A stretch of 51,512 nucleotides of DNA from Candidatus Flemingiibacterium sp. (GTDB lineage: Bacteria; Bacillota; Clostridia; Oscillospirales; CAG-272). The stretch lies in assembly GCA_045632605.1 (NCBI GenBank), contig JAZQXA010000110.1, positions 1 to 51,512 on the forward strand. The letters run 5' to 3'. A program made the translations under genes and the position numbers. The notes under the pieces are model-generated. The model was given only the letters and a program-made list of their open reading frames with translations. It was not told where the DNA came from and did not search any database. Each line of letters opens with the position of its first letter. Position 1 is the first letter of the stretch. Positions 27,734 through 35,450 of the stretch are shown here, piece by piece.

Positions 27734-28486
27734 TCAGTCTTCGTATGCCATATCCTGCTCTGCGCTTACACTCATATATTCAAGAGGATTAACATATTCT
27801 CCGTTCACCTTCATTTCAAGGTGAAGATGAGGTTCCTCTGAAATTTCAATGAGTGCACTCTCGCCCACAGCACCTATTGTCTGACCCATCGAAAGCCGGG
27901 TTCCGATTTCAAAATCTGCCGCCGAATCAAGGGAAAGATTCATATACGTCGTATAAATATTATCTCCGTGATCAACCGTCACACAGCGTCCCATAAGAGG
28001 GTCGTTCCATATCTTGCAGACAGTACCGCTCGATGCCGCAACGACATCGCTTCCGACCGAAGCAGAAATATCAACACCGGTATGCGCACGGTAATCGTTC
28101 ATAGTCAGCGAATAAACGGGGATGTCAATCTCAAAATTCTTTGCCACACTGCCGACAACGGGGACAACGAAATATTTAAGCTCCGTTCCGACTGCGACAT
28201 CATCCTCGGTATCCTTTGAAGCAGGATTGTTTTTTTCGCCGCTGCCGGTTGTCTGCTCCGGTGCAGAGGAATCCGCGGGTTTTGCTGTGGTTGAAGGTGT
28301 ACCCGACTGTGCGGATGTGTCATTTTCACCGAGTGTGCCCGACATACTGTCGTCTGTTACGGGAGTTTCCCCTCTGCGTTTTGATGCCACGGTGAACACC
28401 GAAATTGCAATCACCGCAACAAACATTGCGGCAAGCAGAAGGTATATCACCGTGTTGATTGAAATTTTCTTTGCTTTGTTTTCCAT
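27734..28486 (-). CDS. M23-family metallopeptidase with N-terminal TM anchor
   Basis: The TM anchor is followed by a low-complexity S/T/P linker. The C-terminal domain has HTGVDI and the HLHLEMKVNGEYVNP motif of LytM/M23 peptidases. Confidence 0.88.
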   Translation of the reverse strand: MENKAKKISINTVIYLLLAAMFVAVIAISVFTVASKRRGETPVTDDSMSGTLGENDTSAQSGTPSTTAKPADSSAPEQTTGSGEKNNPASKDTEDDVAVGTELKYFVVPVVGSVAKNFEIDIPVYSLTMNDYRAHTGVDISASVGSDVVAASSGTVCKIWNDPLMGRCVTVDHGDNIYTTYMNLSLDSAADFEIGTRLSMGQTIGAVGESALIEISEEPHLHLEMKVNGEYVNPLEYMSVSAEQDMAYED

Positions 28487-28749
28487 GTATTATTACCAAC
28501 CTTTCATTTTTTCGACTGTAAATTTGCCGTCGGTTTGGTAATATTGTTAACTGCATGAAGCGAGTTTATACACGCAAAGGAAAATTATTAATCACAAAAA
28601 AGCCGTGCCTTGCAACTGATATTATATCATACCCTGAAGGCAAAGTCAACCCTGCCTTTTCCATACAAACAAATCGGGACAGACCAAAAAATTTTGACCT
28701 GTCCTGACTTATTTTTGCGATTCTTGGTTTTTAGAGGCATCGGAATTTT

Positions 28750-29148
28750 TTACGGAATAGGAGAAAGCTTTGCGAGCTTAACCGGCTCATCCTTAAAGCC
28801 GTAGAGTGTGGCGTGAAAGTTGGGGGAAATAAGTGTAATTCGGTATTTGCCGTTTTTCATACGGTCAACGCCCTCAACATTGTATCTTACTCCGCCGCAG
28901 AGTATCTGAATATATGTAGTCTTGTTAAACATACTCTTACTCATGCGAAGTTTTTTTATAAGCTCATCCGTCAGCGTGAGATTATCAATATCGATAGTTT
29001 CAGCGCATATTTTATTGGGCCTCTTTGTCATCTCCGAGATGGTCAAAACATTATGCGGTACTTTAGTTTTCATACGCCATGTCAAACCTTTCCAATAGTA
29101 TACGGCTTCGCATCGCAAGCTGCTGTGCCGTACAGTGAACTTGCGCAC
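28750..29148 (-). CDS. Hypothetical protein (107-132 aa depending on start)
   Basis: ORF downstream of a consensus promoter. The GTG at 29148 has GAGGAG 5 nt upstream. An alternative start is the ATG giving MKTKVPHN. Family not recognised. Confidence 0.5.
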   Translation of the reverse strand: MRKFTVRHSSLRCEAVYYWKGLTWRMKTKVPHNVLTISEMTKRPNKICAETIDIDNLTLTDELIKKLRMSKSMFNKTTYIQILCGGVRYNVEGVDRMKNGKYRITLISPNFHATLYGFKDEPVKLAKLSPIP

Positions 29149-29180
29149 TCGGGCTCCTCGCGCAAATCACCACAAATTAT

Positions 29181-29209
29181 ATTATATCACACATTCGTCA
29201 ATTTGTCAA
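29181..29209 (-). promoter_or_regulatory. Putative sigma-A promoter
   Basis: On the minus strand: TTGACA (29209..29204), 17-nt spacer ending in TGTGA, TATAAT (29186..29181). Confidence 0.6.
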
Positions 29210-29307
29210 TAGCAAACATAAAAATCACGACATTCCTGATACAAATGTGCAAATTGTTTCGATTTTTGTAAAAAAACGGCGACAGCATCAAGCCGTCGCC
29301 AGATATG

Positions 29308-29982
29308 TTATTTAATTTTAGCTTCAATAAACTGCGTCATTGTCTGCGTTTCACCGTCAGCAGTGAGCGCTGTTGTAATTTCGCAGGTACGTTTTGTAAA
29401 ATTACCAAGTGAGTCGATGTAATAACAGATAACCACGTTTGTACAGTCAAATTTAACACCGTCTGATTCCTTGTCAAACTTGTTTGCATAATCCCCGGTC
29501 ATTGTAAGCTTATAGCAATCGTTGCCTTTTTCAGCATTTGAAACTTCCAAATCGGTTATGTCTTCGGCATCAAAATCGATACGCAGAGTCTCATATATAT
29601 CCGGCGCTTCTTCGGCATATCCGCCCACGCCGTCAAAAAGCTCAAACATCGTTTCGCCGCTCTTTACAAAAGTATATACCGTATTTTCGCCGGTTGCTGT
29701 TATCCACTCGTTTTTTTCGAGCTCAAAGTCAGGTGATTCCGGACCGTTTGAAAATCTCACATATGTTTCGATTGCTCTGCTTTCTTCAACCCCGGTAATA
29801 TCCTTTTCAAGCGTAACCGTTTCATTGATGAGAATTTCACCGGCTTCAACACTCATTACTGTATCAGAAAGTTGATTAATTAATGTCAACTCCTCGCTGA
29901 AATCCTTTCCGCACCCAAAAAGCGTAGATGCCGAAATAATAAGCGCAGCCGCAAAGGAAGCACCTCTCAAAAATCTGTTCAT
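29308..29982 (-). CDS. Putative lipoprotein, function unknown
   Basis: Signal peptide MNRFLRGASFAAALIISASTLFGC with a lipobox. The mature part is acidic. Confidence 0.6.
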   Translation of the reverse strand: MNRFLRGASFAAALIISASTLFGCGKDFSEELTLINQLSDTVMSVEAGEILINETVTLEKDITGVEESRAIETYVRFSNGPESPDFELEKNEWITATGENTVYTFVKSGETMFELFDGVGGYAEEAPDIYETLRIDFDAEDITDLEVSNAEKGNDCYKLTMTGDYANKFDKESDGVKFDCTNVVICYYIDSLGNFTKRTCEITTALTADGETQTMTQFIEAKIK

Positions 29983-30043
29983 TTACTGTTCTCCAAATAA
30001 AATTTGATTTATGTCCGCCGCAAAAGCACAGCAAACTGACGTT

Positions 30044-30080
30044 CTGCCGCAAATCGACGATTTGCGGCAGATGCTTTTTT
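30044..30080. other. 27-bp perfect palindrome (hairpin), T-run only on the plus strand
   Basis: CTGCCGCAAATCG-A-CGATTTGCGGCAG (30044..30070), then ATGCTTTTTT. It lies between two minus-strand genes. Confidence 0.5.
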
Positions 30081-30097
30081 AGTTAATGTAGTTTAAA

Positions 30098-30505
30098 TTA
30101 AAGATACTTCTTTATAGTATCGGTAGCGTTCTCTGTGGGAAGTGAAGCAGTCATTGTGCAGTGAATGCCGTACTTTTCAACAAGTGCATTAACTTCATTG
30201 CAAAGCTTATCGAAGCTTTCAAGATCGTTATTGCAAATCTTAAGTGCAGAGTCAATGTAGATATCGGTGATATCGTGGTTGCTCGCGATGATGCCTGCAA
30301 AAAATCCGAAGAGCGACTGTCCATCGCAGATTCCGTACTGTTCGGTATCGATAAGGCGTGCGGTAGGCTTAATGTCGTATGTCAGCTTTGTTCCCTTTTC
30401 GATGCAGACAACAGAACCGTCAGTCTGTGCAGAAGCAGTGTTGACCATTTCGATAAGAGTCTTTGTCTTGCCTGTACCTTTTACGCCGATAATTAACTTT
30501 AACAT
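30098..30505 (-). CDS. Small P-loop NTPase-like protein (135 aa), family not recognised
   Basis: Walker A GVKGTGKT at residues 7-14. A candidate Walker B hydrophobic strand ends in D (ITDIYIDSA). RBS AAAGGAGG lies upstream. Confidence 0.6.
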   Translation of the reverse strand: MLKLIIGVKGTGKTKTLIEMVNTASAQTDGSVVCIEKGTKLTYDIKPTARLIDTEQYGICDGQSLFGFFAGIIASNHDITDIYIDSALKICNNDLESFDKLCNEVNALVEKYGIHCTMTASLPTENATDTIKKYL

Positions 30506-30690
30506 AGTGTGAATCCTCCTTTAATTTGTGTTGATTATACAATGTTGTTTGTTTCTACTTATATTTTACACTAAAACTTCAAAAATTTCAAGAGGATTTA
30601 TAAACAAAATGTACGATTTCCCAAAGTTTTTACAACTTGTACAAATCTATGCCAAATACTTGTCGGAAGCGACGAATTTATGACAAAAAC

Positions 30691-32031
30691 TTATTTCGCC
30701 ATTCTCGCTTCGAGCTTTGCCTTTTCGTCCTCGTAGCCGGGCTTTCCGAGAAGCGCATACATATTCTTCTTATAAGCCTCAACACCGGGCTGATTGAACG
30801 GATTAACTCCGAGAGTGTAACCCGAAATAGCGCAGGCAAGCTCAAAGAAGTATACAAGCCAACCAAAGGAATATTCGCTTCTGTCCTTAAGGTTAAGCAC
30901 AATGTTCGGAACACCGCCGTCAACGTGTGCAAGAAGCGTTGCATTCATCGCTGCGCTGTTAACCTTATGAAGCTCCGCACCGGAGAGGAAGTTGAGTCCG
31001 TCGATATTTGCCGGGTCATTCGGAATGATAACTGTATCGTTCGACTTTTCGATATTGACTACGGTTTCGAAAAGATTACGTCTTCCCTCTTGGATATACT
31101 GACCGAGAGAGTGGAGATCTGTCGAGAAAATAACCGAAGCCGGGAAAATACCCATATTATCCTTACCCTCAGATTCACCGTAGAGCTGCTTCCACCACTC
31201 GTTCATCATAAGCATAGCACTTTCGTACGAAACGAGGATTTCGGTGGTCTTGCCCTTTCTGTACATGATATTGCGAAGTGCCGCATATTTTGCAGCATCG
31301 TTGTTTGCGATATCATCGGAAGAATAAGCCTCACGTGCTGCAGCCGCACCAGCCATCATTGCATCAATATCACAGCCTGCCGCCGCAATAGGAAGAAGTC
31401 CGACAGCGGTAAGCACCGAGTAACGTCCGCCAACATCATCCGGAACAACAAAGGTTTCGTAACCCTTTTCGGTTGCAAACGCCTTAAGCGTACCGCGAGC
31501 CTTATCGGTGGTAACGAAAATTCTTTCCTTTGCGCCGGCCTCGCCGTACTTCTTTTCAAGAAGCTCACGGAATATACGGAATGCAACCGCCGGCTCGGTG
31601 GTAGTGCCGGACTTTGAGATAACATTTATGCAAACATCCTTATCCTCGCAAAGCTCAATAAGCTCAGCAAGAGCGGAGGAGGAGATATTGTTTCCTGCAT
31701 AGTATACCGAGGGAGTATCCTTCTTCTTTTCATTATATATAGGACTCTTGATGAATTCGATAGCCGCACGTGCGCCGAGATAAGAACCGCCGATACCGAT
31801 TACAACGAGAATATCGCAGGTCTTCTTAATTTTTTCAGCCGCAATTTTGATGCGTGCGAATTCTTCCTTGTCGTAGTTTACGGGCAGGTCAACCCAACCG
31901 AGAAAATCGTTTCCAAGACCGTTTCTGTTTTTAACCTGAGAAATGGCACACTTTACGGCAGGCTCGATTCCTGCAAGGTCTTCTGCTGCGAGAAAGTCCG
32001 AAATATATTTATCGTTAAGCTTGAGTGTCAT
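30691..32031 (-). CDS. pgi: Glucose-6-phosphate isomerase (short Gram-positive type)
   Basis: Motifs [21 protein letters not shown] and GGRYSVL. The start is set at the ATG at 32031 with AAAGGAG 8 nt upstream. Confidence 0.93.
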   Translation of the reverse strand: MTLKLNDKYISDFLAAEDLAGIEPAVKCAISQVKNRNGLGNDFLGWVDLPVNYDKEEFARIKIAAEKIKKTCDILVVIGIGGSYLGARAAIEFIKSPIYNEKKKDTPSVYYAGNNISSSALAELIELCEDKDVCINVISKSGTTTEPAVAFRIFRELLEKKYGEAGAKERIFVTTDKARGTLKAFATEKGYETFVVPDDVGGRYSVLTAVGLLPIAAAGCDIDAMMAGAAAAREAYSSDDIANNDAAKYAALRNIMYRKGKTTEILVSYESAMLMMNEWWKQLYGESEGKDNMGIFPASVIFSTDLHSLGQYIQEGRRNLFETVVNIEKSNDTVIIPNDPANIDGLNFLSGAELHKVNSAAMNATLLAHVDGGVPNIVLNLKDRSEYSFGWLVYFFELACAISGYTLGVNPFNQPGVEAYKKNMYALLGKPGYEDEKAKLEARMAK

Positions 32032-32277
32032 ATTATTGACTCCTTTCATTGTAAAACCTGTAAATATAAGTATATATTATCTACACTAAATATATTACTA
32101 CATTTTTCCGAGTATTTCAAGGGGTATTGTCAAATTCTTCACGTTCTCACAAAAAAAATATTTTTCCGAGAGCTTATATTTTTTGTGATGTTTTAACAAA
32201 AGGCAAGAAAAAAGCCGCCCCAGGAGCGACAAAACTTGAAAATTCCATATTTTTTTTAAAAAGTTTTGTCAAGTCTA

Positions 32278-32306
32278 TTGCAATTTCAAAATAAATGTGT
32301 TATAAT
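32278..32306 (+). promoter_or_regulatory. Putative sigma-A promoter of rpmB
   Basis: TTGCAA (32278..32283), 17-nt spacer ending in TGT, TATAAT (32301..32306). Confidence 0.65.
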
Positions 32307-32381
32307 AGTCGTTGTTAGTTATGAATCAGCATCGCCATGCTCAAACCCACATGGCGGCTTTAATAATCGGAGGTAATAATC

Positions 32382-32570
32382 ATGGCAAAGTGCAGCATCT
32401 GCGGAACAGTAGTACAGTTCGGTCTTGCAGTATCCCATTCCAACCGTAAGACAAACAGAACCTGGAAGCCCAACATCAGACGTGTTAAGGCTATCGTAAA
32501 CGGCACTCCCAAGACCGTTAACGTATGCTCTCGCTGCCTGCGTTCCGGCAAGGTAACCAGAGCTGTTTGA
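32382..32570 (+). CDS. rpmB: 50S ribosomal protein L28
   Basis: MAKCSICGTVVQFGLAVSHSNRKTNRTWKPNIRRVK... is a canonical L28. RBS GGAGG lies upstream. Confidence 0.95.
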   Translation: MAKCSICGTVVQFGLAVSHSNRKTNRTWKPNIRRVKAIVNGTPKTVNVCSRCLRSGKVTRAV

Positions 32571-32585
32571 GTTAAAATTATCGAA

Positions 32586-32613
32586 AGAGCCTGTGCATAG
32601 CACGGGCTTTTTC
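32586..32613 (+). terminator. Rho-independent terminator after rpmB
   Basis: Stem AGCCTGTGC/GCACGGGCT (one G-T pair) followed by TTTTT. Confidence 0.75.
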
Positions 32614-32643
32614 TGTTATATCATCCCCAAAAAGGAGAAAATC

Positions 32644-33336
32644 ATGCCGTATATTCTTCTCGGTGAGCCGGCTTATATTAAATATGCAGATATTCTCGTG
32701 CAGCACGGCTACACTCCTATCGCTCTTCCTGCCGACGGCAAACTTAATAAAATTGTTAATACACACGCCGATACACTCATCTTCGCCGACGGAAATCACT
32801 TTATCGCAAACCGCGAATATTTGAAAAATTTTCCTGACGAAATCACAGCATATTTCACGCCAACAGATGACCGTCCGCATGGCGAATACCCCACTGATAC
32901 AATATTTAATGCCCTGCCAGTCGGAAACAGACTCTTCTGCCGGACACAAAGTATATCTCCGGATATCGCCGATTATGCTGCGAAAAACGGATATACTGTG
33001 ATTTCAGTTAAGCAAGGCTACGCACGCTGCTCAGCACTTGCACTCTCAAATGCAGTCATAACAGCCGACCTCGGTATCGGCACAACAATTGCGGCGCAGG
33101 GGATAAGTGTTTTTATAATCAGCGGCGGACACATATCGCTTGAAGGCTGTAAATACGGCTTCATAGGCGGCGCATCGTTCGTTGACGAACGAAATAAAAC
33201 CGTATATTTTTTCGGTGACATATCATTTCACCCGGACGGAAATGAAATCACCTCATTTATAAAAAAACAGTGCTATAATGTTATCTCGTTTCCCGGTCCT
33301 CTCACCGATTTCGGGGGAGCTGTAATTTTGAACTGA
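32644..33336 (+). CDS. Conserved hypothetical protein (230 aa), family not recognised
   Basis: The start is set at the ATG at 32644 (AAAGGAGAAA RBS), because the longer ORF would include the rpmB terminator. Motifs include GYARCSALAL and GFIGGASF. Confidence 0.6.
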   Translation: MPYILLGEPAYIKYADILVQHGYTPIALPADGKLNKIVNTHADTLIFADGNHFIANREYLKNFPDEITAYFTPTDDRPHGEYPTDTIFNALPVGNRLFCRTQSISPDIADYAAKNGYTVISVKQGYARCSALALSNAVITADLGIGTTIAAQGISVFIISGGHISLEGCKYGFIGGASFVDERNKTVYFFGDISFHPDGNEITSFIKKQCYNVISFPGPLTDFGGAVILN

Positions 33337-33376
33337 AAAACGGGATGATAGTGCAAAAAAACGTGCGGATTCTTCA

Positions 33377-33405
33377 TTGATTTTTCACTTGTGATAATAT
33401 ATAAT
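33377..33405 (+). promoter_or_regulatory. Putative sigma-A promoter of paralog A
   Basis: TTGATT (33377..33382), 17-nt spacer, TATAAT (33400..33405). Confidence 0.55.
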
Positions 33406-33458
33406 ATATTTTGGAGATGTGCTTTCAAAAAATACAAAACTGTCAAGGAGAAAACAAA

Positions 33459-35297
33459 ATGCATGCAGAGTGGCAAAGGCCGCAAACAACAAGACGTTAC
33501 GTCCACCCTCCAAAGTCTGAGAGAATGTTCACTCTCTGGAAAGAGGGCAAAATTGTTTTCGGCGAAACAACCGAGCCGATTACCGCACGCTACGAGGAAA
33601 TAATTTCACGCGGTATATGGTTCACCGACGGCGATGGGAATCCTGCCGATTTCCGTACCGGGGAAAATATTCTCCGCGAGGACGGCATACCCGTTCATGG
33701 ACTCAAAAATAAATTCGGCAAGCTCGATGCCAAAATCGAATGCTTCGCAGGCTTCGAAAGATTTTCCACCTGTTACATAAAGGCAACTGTTAAAAACAGC
33801 TGCAAAGAGCCGCAGATGTTTGGTTTTCTCATTCGTACCGGCAAAGAGGAAACACTCATCCCCGATGCTCCCGACGTTTATGCGCCGTACAACCCCAGTA
33901 TTTCCGAATGGACAGCACTTGAGTCAACCTTCAGCTATGACGGAACGGTTTTCCGTGACGGTGAATATTACCTTCACGCCCCCGGATTTGAATGGGACAG
34001 CGATAAAGGATTTGCTTCTGTCACCGTTGAACCGAATGAAGAAAAAGTTCTCGTGTTTGCTTTTGGAAAAGGCAAAGTCAATACGTTCGACTACGCCGCC
34101 GAGATGGAAAAATGCGTCAAGGCATGGAAACTTGAGCTCACAAAAATAAACAAGCTCCCCGAGGGTATAAAGTCAAATCCCGAGCTGCTAAAAACAGTGA
34201 ACCATCTTACAGTACAAATGCTCCAATGCTTCTGCACAGCCGTCGGAAGCAAGAATCTTTATCCTCGTCAGGGCGGACTTCAGCGCCGCATTTGGACAGG
34301 TGAAGCCTGGATGATGATTGAAGCTATGTGCCGCATCGGAGACTTTAACGATTATCTCGACCCGGTGATGGAGCTCTATTTCAACAAATTTCAAACCGAA
34401 AGCGGAGAAATGGTTCCCTTCGGAATAAGTTGGGCAATGGCAACTGCAACCGTTCTCTTTACATATGCCAAATATGCGATGAGTGCCGGAAAGGCAGTAT
34501 GGGACAAATACAGCGAAAAAGCATTCAAAGCCGCAGAATGGATTCGAAATGTGCGTGTTAAAGAAAATTATACTGACGAAAAAGGCTGCCGCATACTGAA
34601 AGGTCTGCTTCCGCCTCTCCGTTCATGCGACGATGAACTGGTTTTCCAGGGCTGGACTGTAACCGATGCAAGCAATCTTTTCGGGCTCGAAGCATATGTC
34701 GAAGCAGCTGAACATTTCGGTGATGTTCATGCCAAAGAAATCCGCGAAGGTTATGAAGACTATCTTAATGACGTCAAGGGATATTGGAATGAGGTCGTTG
34801 CAAAAGCCGGTGACAGCGATGAAATCGAAGTGCCTTATGCAATCACCATTCCGAATGAGGCGCTCCATGAAAAATTCTTCTTCAGAGTTTCGGGCGGAAG
34901 AATTGTATATGCAGTAAACGCCGAGCGCAAGGATGCCGAACGTGTTCTTCGGCAGTATGAAAATTGCCAACGCAGAAAAGGCGGACTTTACGGCAGAATG
35001 AAAGATATAAGAAAAGACGTTTCTGTCGGTTCAGGCGCATATAACCTTGACGAGAACGGCAAGTGTGTAGTATGGTATGTCTGCTCAGACGAATATATGT
35101 GGTTTAAGACATTCATGCGCTGGGGTGAGCGCGAGCTTGCAGAGGAAATCATCCGCGACAACTTTAAGTTTGCGATGACTGACGAATATTATATGGTCGA
35201 GCGCTACAATCAGCGCGACCCGTACTTCGGTCCGTGGATGCCAAACGCTTCGGCAAACGGCAGAACTGTCAATATGCTGCTCGATTTTTACAAATAA
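33459..35297 (+). CDS. Uncharacterised 612-aa cytoplasmic protein, paralog A (possibly six-hairpin glycosidase-like)
   Basis: AAGGAG RBS at 33445..33450 and ATG at 33459. It is clearly homologous along its whole length to the next gene. No signal peptide. Confidence 0.75.
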   Translation: MHAEWQRPQTTRRYVHPPKSERMFTLWKEGKIVFGETTEPITARYEEIISRGIWFTDGDGNPADFRTGENILREDGIPVHGLKNKFGKLDAKIECFAGFERFSTCYIKATVKNSCKEPQMFGFLIRTGKEETLIPDAPDVYAPYNPSISEWTALESTFSYDGTVFRDGEYYLHAPGFEWDSDKGFASVTVEPNEEKVLVFAFGKGKVNTFDYAAEMEKCVKAWKLELTKINKLPEGIKSNPELLKTVNHLTVQMLQCFCTAVGSKNLYPRQGGLQRRIWTGEAWMMIEAMCRIGDFNDYLDPVMELYFNKFQTESGEMVPFGISWAMATATVLFTYAKYAMSAGKAVWDKYSEKAFKAAEWIRNVRVKENYTDEKGCRILKGLLPPLRSCDDELVFQGWTVTDASNLFGLEAYVEAAEHFGDVHAKEIREGYEDYLNDVKGYWNEVVAKAGDSDEIEVPYAITIPNEALHEKFFFRVSGGRIVYAVNAERKDAERVLRQYENCQRRKGGLYGRMKDIRKDVSVGSGAYNLDENGKCVVWYVCSDEYMWFKTFMRWGERELAEEIIRDNFKFAMTDEYYMVERYNQRDPYFGPWMPNASANGRTVNMLLDFYK

Positions 35298-35303
35298 ACA
35301 GAT

Positions 35304-35333
35304 TGCAGTCCGCTTTTTGCGGACTGCATTTTC
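35304..35333 (+). terminator. Rho-independent terminator after paralog A
   Basis: Stem TGCAGTCCGC/GCGGACTGCA with loop TTTTT, followed by TTTT. Confidence 0.85.
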
Positions 35334-35384
35334 TGTAATTCTCATTTTTGGGACGATAGTGCAAAAAATAGGGAAGAAAGTGCA

Positions 35385-35413
35385 TTGCCTTTTCCGCCGC
35401 AAACAGCTATAAT
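35385..35413 (+). promoter_or_regulatory. Putative sigma-A promoter of paralog B
   Basis: TTGCCT (35385..35390), 17-nt spacer, TATAAT (35408..35413). Confidence 0.5.
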
Positions 35414-35450
35414 TATCTTAACAATCAATAACTGTTAAGGAGAACACAAA

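Noticed and set aside
28487-28749. Long (~150 nt) leader upstream of the M23 peptidase gene, considered as a c-di-AMP (ydaO-type) or other riboswitch
   Set aside because: I could not find the conserved ydaO sequence blocks or a convincing pseudo-symmetric fold by eye. Only a consensus promoter is supported (TTGACT-17-TATAAT on the minus strand). A covariance-model scan would be needed to revisit this.
30637-31617. 326-aa plus-strand ORF
   Set aside because: It is entirely antisense to the well-supported pgi gene. It is rich in Arg/Cys/Ser, as is typical of reverse-frame translation. It has no RBS and no recognisable domain.
32593-32643. Upstream extension of the 32644..33336 ORF
   Set aside because: It would place the start codon inside the rpmB terminator hairpin. 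The downstream ATG has a strong AAAGGAG RBS.
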